A stretch of 64,000 bases of DNA from an uncultured Gammaproteobacteria bacterium (GCA_964650355.1 CAZYTL010000002.1:6964-70963), one strand, 5' to 3'. Positions 19,364 to 29,126 are shown, counted from the first letter of the stretch. Translations and numbers: made by a program. Notes: generated from the sequence alone by a model not told the origin.

Positions 19364-19690
19364 CATCTTTATAAGCTATCAGCGATAAGCTAACAGCTAA
19401 GGTAGGCGGTACCACCTTGCTTTACTAACTCAATAAAAAAACACCATGGTCACTGGTGTTTACCGTCATTGAGGTAGTCTCAATTATTCACGTACTTGAC
19501 GGTGTGATTTGCCGTTGGGCAATTCACTTTGCAGTGATACGTTAGCGCTATGACGGGCGCGCCCGTTCTCGATCTGTGGTCGGGAAGGCTCAACAGGGTA
19601 ATTCATTTTTTCTTGTGCGTCAGGTCTTGCACCAATCGCCTGATCTCTGGTGTCACCAAGAGAAAACTACTTCACTGTTTCACAGCCTTT
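19318..19690 (-). ncRNA. T-box riboswitch (transcriptional), specifier probably UAC (Tyr)
   Basis: Minus strand: stem I with K-turn GA motifs, AGUA/GAA loop E, AGAGA bulge, GGUGCAA loop; specifier loop GAAU-UAC-C (19598-19600); stem II and IIA/B; T-box AAGG-UGGUACC-GCC (19405-19418) pairing with GGCCCUU (19358-19364); overlapping terminator. Confidence 0.95.
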
Positions 19691-19711
19691 ATTAATTTTT
19701 CAGTATTGAGG

Positions 19712-19741
19712 ATTATATAATAGATACAAAGCAAAAATCAA
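19712..19741 (-). promoter_or_regulatory. Sigma70 promoter of the T-box leader
   Basis: TTGATT, 18-nt spacer, TATAAT, about 20 nt upstream of stem I. Confidence 0.6.
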
Positions 19742-19780
19742 GTTCTGTTAGCAACGTGAGGAGAGCTTATTTTATACCTC

Positions 19781-21472
19781 TTATACCTCGATGATCACCG
19801 GTAAAATCATGGGATTGCGTTTGAGCTGTCGGGCAAAGAATTTTTGTAGTACTTCAGAGGTCCTTTCTTTGATTAAATGCCAGTCAGTCAGCGGCTGTTC
19901 AGGAGACTTAAGGGACTGGGTGACCAGTTTTTTGGCTTCGGTTAAGAGGCCTTCCTGACCTTTAAGGTACACAAATCCCCTAGTGATGATGTCGGGTTCG
20001 TTAACCAGTTCCTTGGTATTGACATCCAGTTGAAGTAGAACTACTACAACCCCTTCTTCTGCCAGTACTTGGCGATCCCGCAGCACCACATTGCCTACGT
20101 CCCCTACTCCCAGACCGTCGATCATCACGTTGCGCACATCGACTGGTTTGCCTAAATATATGGATTGGGAGTCGAGATGCACTGAACGATTGGTAGTGGG
20201 TAGGAGGACTTGGTCGGTCTTGTAACCCATGTTTTCCGCCAGGATACGGTAGTGGACCATGTGGCGATAGGTACCGCCAATCGGTAATACAGCCCGAGGT
20301 CTGGTCAGCCCGAGAAGAAGTTTGAGGTCGGCTTGTGATCCGTGTCCGGAAACGTGCAGGTCATCCTTGATATCAGCATAGGTGACAGTGGCACCGTCTT
20401 TGTAGAGAGCATCAATAGCCGCATGAATTGAAGTCTCTGAGCCGGGGATGTAGTCGGTGGAGAAAACGACTTTATCGCCCTGTTTAATTTTTACATTGCG
20501 ATGTTCGCCGGCGGCAATGCGCTGCAAGGCTGACCCTGGTTGTCCCTGACTGCCGGCTACTAATAGGGTTAGTTGTTGATCAGGGTATTTATTCATTTTA
20601 TCCATGGGGACCATCAATTCTTGCTTGAGGTGAATATAGCCTAGTTGCATGGCGATTCTTAAGTTGCTTTCCACCGAGCGACCCACGCTGACGATTTTGC
20701 GCCCTCGAGAAATGGACACGTCAATGGCCTGCTGCCAGCGGGAAATGCTGGAAGACATGGCGGTGACAATGAATTTGCCTTTGCAGGTGGCAATTTCCCG
20801 GTTAAACATTTCGTATAGATCTAGTTCTGACCTGGTGGCGCCCTGTCGTTCACTCCCTAAGCAATCGGAGATTAATAAGTCCACTCCTTGATTGCCTGCG
20901 GCAGCGATTTTGCCGACTTCTGGCTGGATACCGTCAACCGGAGTCCAGTCGAATTTGAAATCCGCCCCGTGGTAGATATTGCCAACGGGGGTTTGGATAT
21001 AATAGTGATAAGTATCAGGTACAGAATGTGTCACCCTAATGGGTTGGATTTTATAATTACCCAAGGTAATGGTTTGATTGGGATTAAGTACCTGGACGTT
21101 GCGAGGAATTTGATATTCCTGAAGTTTGCTTTGAGCAAATGCAGCAGTCAGTTTGGAGGTGTAGATGGGAAATTCGGGCAGGTTGGGCAACACATAAGGC
21201 AAAGCACCCACGTGATCTTCATGACCATGAGAGATGACCATGCCTTTAATTCTTTGTTCTTTACCCTTGAGGTAATAGGTATCAGGAATGAGCAGATCAA
21301 CTCCTAACATTTCTTCCGTGGGAAAGCCGATGCCGCAATCAACTATTAAGATGTCCCCGCCATTGGGAAGTTCGTAAGCAAACATGTTGCGGTTAACTTC
21401 ACCAAAACCTCCAAGAGAAGTGATCTTAAGAGAAGATGACGAATTAGCCGAAGAATTGTTTCGTTTGGACAT
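19781..21472 (-). CDS. rnj: Ribonuclease J
   Basis: LGGFGEVNRNM, SHGHEDHVGALPY, HSVPD, DFKFD, HVSGH, PMILPVIIEV. Confidence 0.97.
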   Translation of the reverse strand: MSKRNNSSANSSSSLKITSLGGFGEVNRNMFAYELPNGGDILIVDCGIGFPTEEMLGVDLLIPDTYYLKGKEQRIKGMVISHGHEDHVGALPYVLPNLPEFPIYTSKLTAAFAQSKLQEYQIPRNVQVLNPNQTITLGNYKIQPIRVTHSVPDTYHYYIQTPVGNIYHGADFKFDWTPVDGIQPEVGKIAAAGNQGVDLLISDCLGSERQGATRSELDLYEMFNREIATCKGKFIVTAMSSSISRWQQAIDVSISRGRKIVSVGRSVESNLRIAMQLGYIHLKQELMVPMDKMNKYPDQQLTLLVAGSQGQPGSALQRIAAGEHRNVKIKQGDKVVFSTDYIPGSETSIHAAIDALYKDGATVTYADIKDDLHVSGHGSQADLKLLLGLTRPRAVLPIGGTYRHMVHYRILAENMGYKTDQVLLPTTNRSVHLDSQSIYLGKPVDVRNVMIDGLGVGDVGNVVLRDRQVLAEEGVVVVLLQLDVNTKELVNEPDIITRGFVYLKGQEGLLTEAKKLVTQSLKSPEQPLTDWHLIKERTSEVLQKFFARQLKRNPMILPVIIEV

Positions 21473-21508
21473 AGTGAAAATGGGGGGCTTAAAATTAGTG
21501 CTTTTTCA

Positions 21509-22600
21509 TTACCAGGTGGGTAGATAGCTTTTGACGTTATCAGTGGTAATATGGAATTTATCTCCTTTACCTTCGACGATTTGACGGGCAACTTTGCGAC
21601 AAACACCGTTAATGGTTCTTTCCAGAGTTCTGATTCCAGCGTCAAAACCCAGAGGGCGAATGATTTTTGGCCAGACCTCCTCATCGATCTCTACTTGTTC
21701 TGGTTTAAGCCCGGAATCTTTTAACATTCTGGGTAAGACGTAGTCCTTGCCAATGTGATATTTTTCGTCATCGGTGTAGGAAGGCATCTGAATAACTTCC
21801 AACCTGTCAAGAACAGCAGTTGAGATTTTGGCGGTATTATTGGCAGTAGCAATGAACAGACATTGGGATAGATCAAAGGGATAATCTATGAAGTGGTCTG
21901 TAAAAGCGTAATTTTGCCCCGGGTCCAGAAGTTCGACCAAAACACCCATGATGTCAGCCCGGGCGTGTTCTGCTACCCGGTCAATTTCATCCAGCAGGAC
22001 GACCGGATTCCTGACTTTGGACTGGCGCATGGCTTTGATAACCCACCCAGGCTCGGCGTCGGGACGGACTCGGGATTGACCACGCAAAGTTAAGGCGTCT
22101 CCCATGCCGCCGAAGGGAATTCTCACAAAAGGTCTGCCCATAGCTTGGGCAATGGAATAGGAAATGGTAGTCTTACCAGTACCTACCAAACCGACGAAAA
22201 ATAAGATGGGAGCCCGCATCATATCGCGGGCAAACTCTTCTTCTGATTTATCTCCGATTTGTTGACGTTTTAAATTCATGACCGCGATGTATTCCAGGAC
22301 CCGATCTTTGATGAATTCTAATCCGTAGTGGTGCTCATCTAAAACTTTTTTCGCATGATTAAGATCTAAAATGTCGTCAGCGCGCTTTGACCAAGGCAGA
22401 TTAGTAATCCAGTCTATGTAGCGGTTAACTTGTTCAAATTCTTGAGAATAAAATCCATATTTAGCCATGCGGCTCAGCCTGCCCAGCATGCCAACGACTC
22501 GCTCTTTCAGGTCTTGAGGGGCTGATGACTTCTCAAGTACGGCTTCTAAATCTTCGACTTCTTTAAAGATATCGGTATCTTTGGAAGAGTTATCAGGCAT
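21509..22600 (-). CDS. Lon-like AAA+ module without N-terminal or protease domain
   Basis: YIDWITNLPW, LDEHHYGLEFIKDRVLEY, GLVGTGKTT, NPVVLLDEID, LLDPGQN, DRLEVI; ends where the Lon protease domain would begin. Confidence 0.9.
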   Translation of the reverse strand: MPDNSSKDTDIFKEVEDLEAVLEKSSAPQDLKERVVGMLGRLSRMAKYGFYSQEFEQVNRYIDWITNLPWSKRADDILDLNHAKKVLDEHHYGLEFIKDRVLEYIAVMNLKRQQIGDKSEEEFARDMMRAPILFFVGLVGTGKTTISYSIAQAMGRPFVRIPFGGMGDALTLRGQSRVRPDAEPGWVIKAMRQSKVRNPVVLLDEIDRVAEHARADIMGVLVELLDPGQNYAFTDHFIDYPFDLSQCLFIATANNTAKISTAVLDRLEVIQMPSYTDDEKYHIGKDYVLPRMLKDSGLKPEQVEIDEEVWPKIIRPLGFDAGIRTLERTINGVCRKVARQIVEGKGDKFHITTDNVKSYLPTW

Positions 22601-22734
22601 GGGTTTAAGGTTTACAGAGTTAGTAAAGCGAATTCGTGATTTATAAACGAAGGTATCTTCAATATAACATAAAGTCCGAGAAGAGTACCTTTTAATTAAA
22701 AAACTTTAAGCGGTTAAGTTTCTGAGCCAAATGA

Positions 22735-22932
22735 CTAGGGACCAAGTCCTTCTACGGCTTGATTGAGTGTGTCAACGTCAAGTTGGACAGTCTTGGCTTG
22801 TAATTGAGCTTTATCTGGTTGGTCCAGTTGTTGATATGTGGTCCACAACCACCATGACACTCCTCCAGAAACTAAAAGCCAGAAAAGGATCAAGCCAATA
22901 ATGATTAATGTGTTTTTTTTATTTGACGACAT
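22735..22932 (-). CDS. Small single-TM protein ending the pilus operon
   Basis: 65 aa, basic N-terminus plus TM; co-oriented with the pil genes. Confidence 0.6.
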   Translation of the reverse strand: MSSNKKNTLIIIGLILFWLLVSGGVSWWLWTTYQQLDQPDKAQLQAKTVQLDVDTLNQAVEGLGP

Positions 22933-22961
22933 GATTTACGATCACAGATAAATAAGTTGGG

Positions 22962-23732
22962 TTAGAGATTGGTCTTTAGTAGCTCCTTGGACACGAACAG
23001 GTTGCCACGGTAATCAATTTTGCCCAGTTGAGAAAGACCGTCTGCAGTATTGACTTCTAAATATACAGGTTGGAAGAGATAATGACTGTCTGCGATGTGA
23101 CTTATCACCTGGGTGAAGGCGCTGGGTGTGGCGGTCACAGTTAAGGAAACTGGGAGTAAAGGAGCAAAAAGTTCTTTGGTTTGGATGGGTTCGTTATTAC
23201 TAATATCTAATTTTTTATCAGCATATGGTTGGATTTGATTATTTAAGTCGCCAACGAACTCTCTGATGCCGTCCAGTTTGGGGAAGGATTGAGATAATAG
23301 GTCTATTTGATCCTGGTGTTCCGTAAGTGCCTGATGCGCGTCCCGTTCGTCTGCTTCTTGTTGTTGGGCAAGGGCCTGTTCGGTTGATTGGCGTTTGACG
23401 TTATTGCCAAAGATAGAGATGAGGAGTAATTGAGCGATTAAGGTAGCGCCTAAAACAATGGCGATTAAAGGAAGATAGTAAGACAGGGGTTTACGATCAG
23501 AAGGCGGTTTTTCTGGTGGCGGTGAAGCAGTTTCTGGAGTTTGTGGTTTTTTGGTCTGAACGTCTGGAGAGGATTTGGATGGCCCGGGAGTGGCTGTCTG
23601 AGGGTTGGCAGATTGACGGTTAGAAACTGCGGGCTTTCCCTGAGTAGACGGGGCAGCAGGGGTTTGACTCTGGGATTGAGAGGAAGATGTAGGGACTGTG
23701 GTTGATGGTGATGGGGTGTGGGAATCTGGCAT
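22962..23732 (-). CDS. PilO-like type IV pilus alignment protein with Pro/Ser/Thr-rich N-tail
   Basis: Low-complexity tail, one TM, coiled coil, ferredoxin-like pattern; follows pilMN. Confidence 0.6.
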   Translation of the reverse strand: MPDSHTPSPSTTVPTSSSQSQSQTPAAPSTQGKPAVSNRQSANPQTATPGPSKSSPDVQTKKPQTPETASPPPEKPPSDRKPLSYYLPLIAIVLGATLIAQLLLISIFGNNVKRQSTEQALAQQQEADERDAHQALTEHQDQIDLLSQSFPKLDGIREFVGDLNNQIQPYADKKLDISNNEPIQTKELFAPLLPVSLTVTATPSAFTQVISHIADSHYLFQPVYLEVNTADGLSQLGKIDYRGNLFVSKELLKTNL

Positions 23733-23738
23733 AAAAGG

Positions 23739-25130
23739 CTAATCTGTTTTCCATTTAAAGGATAATGAGAAATTTATATCTTGGCTTTTTTCCAACACGG
23801 ATAAAGGAAGAGAGACTTGAATAAAGAGAGGATTTTCCTCCAATAATTGTTTCAATTTAAGAATATCTTCCTGGTGAGGAGCAAAACCTCTCAAAGTCAC
23901 CATTTGAGTGCTTGCTTCGAGTTTGATGTAATTAATGGTTAGTTCGGGAGGCAGAGTGGTGAATAGTTGCTCCACTACCTGGCTGAAAGTCTGTTTTTGG
24001 CGAGAAATTTGCACAGCAGAAACTGCTTGTTGATTGATAATGTTGATTTGGTTTAAGGTGTCAAGACCGCTGGTTTGCTCTTCCTGGAGAGGCTCTGATG
24101 TAGAGGCGGATGATCTGGCGGTAAGAAAAAGAAATCCGCCGCCAATCAGGTTCAAAATGATCAGAAATATCACAGAGATGAATAATAGATGACGTTTTAA
24201 TTGATGGGAGCTAGATTGACTGTAGTCGTATTGGACATGGGGCGGAATCAAGTTGATGGTTCTGTCGTCTTCAGGAGGGTTAGTGGGTATCTGGGTTAAG
24301 GAATAACCCACTACTTGTGCAGGAGGAAGCTTGGCATTGGTTTTGATGGGCTCGGCAGGAATGTCCGGTGGCAAAACTCCTGATAATTGATCCTGGAGGC
24401 TACCAGTATAAAGGATTTGTTTAATTTCCTGACGGTATTTTTTGGCGTAATAACTGATCAGGTCTTTGATTACTTGTGATAGGTCCTGGCTTAATTGCCC
24501 ACCGGTGGGTGACTGACTGACCACGCTAAGATTAATGCTTTGATTGGGGTTGATAACGATTAATGTTGACGTCGTATCGGCATCAATTACTAAGGTAGGT
24601 TGTTTAACAGGGCTGGCGAGACGGCTGAGGGTCAAGCTGGATGTTTCTACGGCTAAGGGAATGACCCCGGCGGAGTTAAGCGCAGCAAAGTATTTGTCCA
24701 ATGCGGTCTTGGGAACAGCGGCCACCTGGATCAGTTCACTGGATTCGGGCACCCAACGCCAATCAAGATAAAGTTGATCTATGGGATAGGGCAATTCATG
24801 TTCGATTTCAATGGCAATGCGATCCTGAGTCTCGGCCGTAGTCTGATGTTTAAGTTTGAAGGAACGAATAAAGGCAATATGTTCTGGAATGCCCAAGGTG
24901 ATGAATTTATCAGATAAGGAAGCTTGCTTTAGGAGTTGTTGCAAGATTTGAGTAAATTTTTCCGGTTGCTCTAGCTCTCCTTTATCAATGATATCCGGCT
25001 CTAGAGGCACTTCTATATGCTTTTTAACTGTTTGCCTACTGGCAATGGTGAGGCTGATTTTATCCGGAGTGATGTGTAAACCCGGATGACTAGTGACTGA
25101 GGGAACGGAACGTTGAGAGGATTTTTTCAT
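23739..25130 (-). CDS. Fused PilM-PilN type IV pilus assembly protein
   Basis: Actin-like PilM (LPYPIDQLYLDW, VAAVPK, AVET), INLIP motif, TM, PilN-like C-terminus. Confidence 0.85.
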   Translation of the reverse strand: MKKSSQRSVPSVTSHPGLHITPDKISLTIASRQTVKKHIEVPLEPDIIDKGELEQPEKFTQILQQLLKQASLSDKFITLGIPEHIAFIRSFKLKHQTTAETQDRIAIEIEHELPYPIDQLYLDWRWVPESSELIQVAAVPKTALDKYFAALNSAGVIPLAVETSSLTLSRLASPVKQPTLVIDADTTSTLIVINPNQSINLSVVSQSPTGGQLSQDLSQVIKDLISYYAKKYRQEIKQILYTGSLQDQLSGVLPPDIPAEPIKTNAKLPPAQVVGYSLTQIPTNPPEDDRTINLIPPHVQYDYSQSSSHQLKRHLLFISVIFLIILNLIGGGFLFLTARSSASTSEPLQEEQTSGLDTLNQINIINQQAVSAVQISRQKQTFSQVVEQLFTTLPPELTINYIKLEASTQMVTLRGFAPHQEDILKLKQLLEENPLFIQVSLPLSVLEKSQDINFSLSFKWKTD

Positions 25131-25167
25131 AGATCTTATTGGGGAGAAAAAATAGCGATAAGATGAA

Positions 25168-26394
25168 TTATCTGCCCGGGGTGTTGGCTTCGATGCCTCC
25201 CACCAAGCTATAGATGGGAGCGATAACTGCTAAAACCATGGCTCCTACGCCAACGCCTACCAGGAGTAAGAGGATAGGCTCCAGGACAGCGGTAAAGTTG
25301 TTAAGCGTTGAGTCAACTTCCTGCTCGTAATGGTCGGCAAGTTCACTGAGCATGGAATCTACGCTGCCGGTTCTTTCACCGGTGGCCACCATGCGCATCA
25401 CCATATGGGGAAAGATTTTTTTGTGGACGCGCATCACATCCGAGAGGGCTTTACCTTTTTGGACTTCGTCTCTAAAAATAGTAGCTAATGTATTGAACTT
25501 CGGTTGAGACAGAGATGACACCACAATATATAAGGCTTCGTTAATTGATACTCCGCTGGACAACAGAGTGGATAAGGTGCGACAAAATCTGGCCAGGTCT
25601 AATTCGTCAATCAGCTTCTGAATGGCAGGAAGCAGACTTACAATTTTGAGGGCGATTTGTCGTCCCTGACGCTGGGTCATTCCGACGATTAATAAACCTA
25701 AACAGGCGAACAGAGCGGAAAAGACCAAAATCGAATTCTGGCTGATAAATAATCCCCCTTCCAAGACTACGCGGGAAAAGGTAGGCAGGCTGACATCCAT
25801 TTGTAAAAAAATTGGGGCAATCTTGGGCAGCACAAAAAAGACCAAAATTAGACCGACTCCGCCCATCGCAGACACGATGATGATGGGATACATCATGGCG
25901 CTTTTGACTTTTTGTTTTAGCTTGTATTCCGAATATAATTGTCGGGCTAAATAATCCAATGATTTTGTCAGAGTACCTGATAATTCTCCAGCCTGGATGA
26001 TGGAGATCATCGTTTTATCAAACGAATCAGAATACTTGGTCAAGGCAGTAGAAAGAGGTTTACCTTCTTGTAGTTGCTGCTGGGTATCGTGAAGGATAGT
26101 TCTTAGTTTAGGGATTTGGCTATCCTGTCCATAGACTTCAATAGCTTCGGGTAAAGGCAAGCCGGCATTAACCATGGTGGCTAAATAACGGAATAAAGTA
26201 GCTTTTTCCAGCAATGGTACCCCTTTGCGAAAACTAATCCCTAATTTCTTTTTTTCCCGGACTTGGGTAATACTCTCCACATGGTATCCCTGGCCGCCTA
26301 GTAATCTTTTGGCGTCTTCAATGTTGGTGGCCACAATGGTGTCTTCTACGGTCTGTTTATCTCGGTCGGTAGCTTTATAGGAATAGACGGGCAT
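25168..26394 (-). CDS. pilC: Type IV pilus platform protein PilC (GspF family)
   Basis: LATMVNAGLPL, AGELSGTL, AMMYP, GERTGSVD, EPILL...PIYSL. Confidence 0.95.
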   Translation of the reverse strand: MPVYSYKATDRDKQTVEDTIVATNIEDAKRLLGGQGYHVESITQVREKKKLGISFRKGVPLLEKATLFRYLATMVNAGLPLPEAIEVYGQDSQIPKLRTILHDTQQQLQEGKPLSTALTKYSDSFDKTMISIIQAGELSGTLTKSLDYLARQLYSEYKLKQKVKSAMMYPIIIVSAMGGVGLILVFFVLPKIAPIFLQMDVSLPTFSRVVLEGGLFISQNSILVFSALFACLGLLIVGMTQRQGRQIALKIVSLLPAIQKLIDELDLARFCRTLSTLLSSGVSINEALYIVVSSLSQPKFNTLATIFRDEVQKGKALSDVMRVHKKIFPHMVMRMVATGERTGSVDSMLSELADHYEQEVDSTLNNFTAVLEPILLLLVGVGVGAMVLAVIAPIYSLVGGIEANTPGR

Positions 26395-26441
26395 AGTATA
26401 AAAAAATAATTAACTAAGACATCTTTTAATTTTTGACTTTG

Positions 26442-28130
26442 CTACTCGATATCTCTGACTGCTCTGATAACTTCTTCTACAGTGGTTAAACCGGAACTGG
26501 CTTTGTCCAGACCGTCTTCGATCATGTTGGTCATTCCTTCTTCACGGGCTTGAGCAAGGATTTGATCTCCAGAAACTTTTTTGGTAATGAGCTCCCGAAT
26601 TTTAGCGCTCACTTCTAAGACTTCAAAGATGCCGATTCTGCCTTTATATCCTGAGTAGTTGCATTCTTCACACCCCGGGCTTTTAAAGATGGTGACTTTT
26701 TTGACTTGAGGACGATATTTGGAGAACAGATTCAGGGCTACCTGATCAGGTTCCGAACGTTTGATGCAAACTGAGCAGAGGCGGCGAACCAGACGCTGGG
26801 CGACTACCATGTTGACGGTAGAAGCAACTAAGAAGCCTTCTGCTCCCATGTCCAAAAGTCTGGGAATAGCGCCAGCTGCGTCATTAGTATGCAGAGTGGA
26901 GAGTACTAAATGCCCGGTGAGTGAAGCGTGGATAGCCATTTCCGCGGTTTCTTGATCCCGGATTTCACCCACCATGATGATGTTAGGGTCATGGCGGAGC
27001 AAAGCTCTAAGTCCTGCGGCAAAAGTAAGTCCTGTATCCGGGTTGACCTGGATTTGATTTACCCGGTGAATGCCATATTCAATGGGGTCTTCTACCGTAC
27101 AGATATTAACTTCGATGGAGTTAAGGATGTTAAGAACGGAGTAGAGAGTAGTGGTTTTTCCTGAACCGGTGGGGCCAGTGACTAAAATCATTCCGTGAGG
27201 TTTTTTAATATTCTGGCGAAGCAGATTTAACTGGATCCCGGTGAGACCGATTTCCTCTAGACTCAAAGGCCGAGTGGATTCGAATAACAGCCTCATGACT
27301 ACGTTTTCTCCGTAAAACGAGGGGATGATGGATACCCGTAGAGCCAAGGCTTGGTCTTCGTAGGCATATTTGAAACGTCCGTCTTGAGGCACCCGATGTT
27401 CATCAATTTTCAGTTGGGAAAGGATTTTGATCCGGGCAACAATGGCTGGTTGTACTTGTTTGGGTAATTTGATGATGTCACGCAACCGGCCATCAATACG
27501 GAAACGAATCGCCAAGGCGTCATGAAGAGTTTCGATGTGGATATCTGAAGCCAGTTCGGCGATGGCATATTCAAGGATGGTGTCCAGGACTTTGATCACC
27601 GGCAAATCAACTGCAGCTTTGGCAATGTCTTCCTCGTCTTTGACTTTGGCTGTTTGTTCGATGTTGGCAGAGAGAATTTCAGCGAATTCTTTTTTGATGC
27701 TCTTTTTATACTGATTAAGAGCCAGAGTCAGATCCGGAGGAGAAATATAGTGAGGAATAATTTTTTTCTTGGTGCGGCGGCGGATTTTTTCCAGGGCTTC
27801 GAAATCGCTAGGATCTTCCATGGCCACCCGAAGTTCCTGATCGGTTTCCTGAAAAGGAATCATCCGGAAACTGCGGGCTAGTTTTTCTGGTACCAGATCC
27901 AAAATTTCTAAAGGAATACTTTTGGACCTGAGGGAAATAAAGGGCACGTTCAAGTGCTCGGCAATCAGCTGGCCCAAGGCCTGTTCAGAAATTAACCCGT
28001 GAAAGATTAAGATATCTGAGACTCGTTTTTCCAGAGCTTCAGAAGCCTGTAAAGCTTTTTGGAAATCTTCTTCGGTAACAAATCCGGAAGCAACAAGAAT
28101 GGTTTTCAGTTCATCGGGCAGGATGGCCAT
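26442..28130 (-). CDS. pilB: Type IV pilus assembly ATPase PilB (GspE family)
   Basis: ASDIHIE, PQDGR, GPTGSGKTTTLY, EDPIE, LRHDPNIIMVGEIRD, TGHLVLSTLHTN, CxxC pairs. Confidence 0.96.
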   Translation of the reverse strand: MAILPDELKTILVASGFVTEEDFQKALQASEALEKRVSDILIFHGLISEQALGQLIAEHLNVPFISLRSKSIPLEILDLVPEKLARSFRMIPFQETDQELRVAMEDPSDFEALEKIRRRTKKKIIPHYISPPDLTLALNQYKKSIKKEFAEILSANIEQTAKVKDEEDIAKAAVDLPVIKVLDTILEYAIAELASDIHIETLHDALAIRFRIDGRLRDIIKLPKQVQPAIVARIKILSQLKIDEHRVPQDGRFKYAYEDQALALRVSIIPSFYGENVVMRLLFESTRPLSLEEIGLTGIQLNLLRQNIKKPHGMILVTGPTGSGKTTTLYSVLNILNSIEVNICTVEDPIEYGIHRVNQIQVNPDTGLTFAAGLRALLRHDPNIIMVGEIRDQETAEMAIHASLTGHLVLSTLHTNDAAGAIPRLLDMGAEGFLVASTVNMVVAQRLVRRLCSVCIKRSEPDQVALNLFSKYRPQVKKVTIFKSPGCEECNYSGYKGRIGIFEVLEVSAKIRELITKKVSGDQILAQAREEGMTNMIEDGLDKASSGLTTVEEVIRAVRDIE

Positions 28131-28271
28131 GGATTATGAAATATTTATTCTCTAATTAAAGTGGTTTTGGTTAAAAATTCCGACCAGAGTTTCTACGCCT
28201 TTGGCCGGAAGATATATGGCTGTATAATTCAATCTTTAGGGACTTTCTAGCGTATCGATACGGCGCGGTCA

Positions 28272-28721
28272 TCATTTCTTTTGATGATTATTTTTGCTCT
28301 TCGGCTTGGTATCTTTGCTGTCTTCTTCCTGAGGGATCGACGTCTTGCTGGTAGTCTTGGGAAGATATTTTTGCAGAGCCTGGACTACTTGACTGGGAGT
28401 GTATTGGACTTTGGCTAAAAATTCTGTAGCGCCGCGTTTTTTGGCTTCTTCCTGCTCTTCGGCATGGCTAAGATTGGATAGAATGACTACGGGAATTTTA
28501 CTTAGTTGTCTGTCCTCTTTAATGGCGGAAAGAACGTCTAACCCGCTAAGTTTGGGCAACATGATGTCCAGAATGACCAAGTCTGGTTTGGTTTCTTTAA
28601 TTTTGTCCAAAGCTGATTGTCCGTCAGTAGTAGCCAGCACTTCGTGCCCGTCCCGGCTGAAGCGGGTGGAATAAATTTGAATCAAAAAGGGATCATCGTC
28701 AGCGATTACGATTTTGGCCAT
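28272..28721 (-). CDS. Single-domain response regulator (receiver)
   Basis: IADDD, LDIMLPKLSG, ILSN, FLAK. Confidence 0.93.
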   Translation of the reverse strand: MAKIVIADDDPFLIQIYSTRFSRDGHEVLATTDGQSALDKIKETKPDLVILDIMLPKLSGLDVLSAIKEDRQLSKIPVVILSNLSHAEEQEEAKKRGATEFLAKVQYTPSQVVQALQKYLPKTTSKTSIPQEEDSKDTKPKSKNNHQKK

Positions 28722-28768
28722 AATTAGAAATTTAGTTTCAGTTAAAGTAGAGATTATGGATAAGGGAT

Positions 28769-28999
28769 TTACTTATCTTTATCTATTATTTGATAGACTT
28801 GCTCTCTAAGTTCTTGGAGTTCTTTGACAAGGTCAACCGAATGCTCATTCATGGTCCGAATCATATCTGTGACCTGTTGAGGTAGTTGATCCGTATAGTC
28901 TTCAAGAATCACCGAGCAGGCTGACCTAATGGTAGTCACTCTACCCAGGATTTGATGGAATGTTTTGTGGTAATCAAAGGAATCGTCCACTAGAGCCAT
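28769..28999 (-). CDS. Small stand-alone DHp/HisKA-like helical protein
   Basis: FHQILGRVTTIRSACSVILED...MNEHSVDLVKELQEL resembles the H-box helical hairpin; upstream of the receiver gene. Confidence 0.55.
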   Translation of the reverse strand: MALVDDSFDYHKTFHQILGRVTTIRSACSVILEDYTDQLPQQVTDMIRTMNEHSVDLVKELQELREQVYQIIDKDK

Positions 29000-29126
29000 T
29001 GTAACTAACAATGACTATAGATACAAGCTTGTGTTAGAGTTAAAATGAAGCAAAAATTAGGAATAAGGAGTTATGTAATAATCAATGAGACAAAACTTTT
29101 TTTTCTGATTCTTAATTCAAGTTTTT

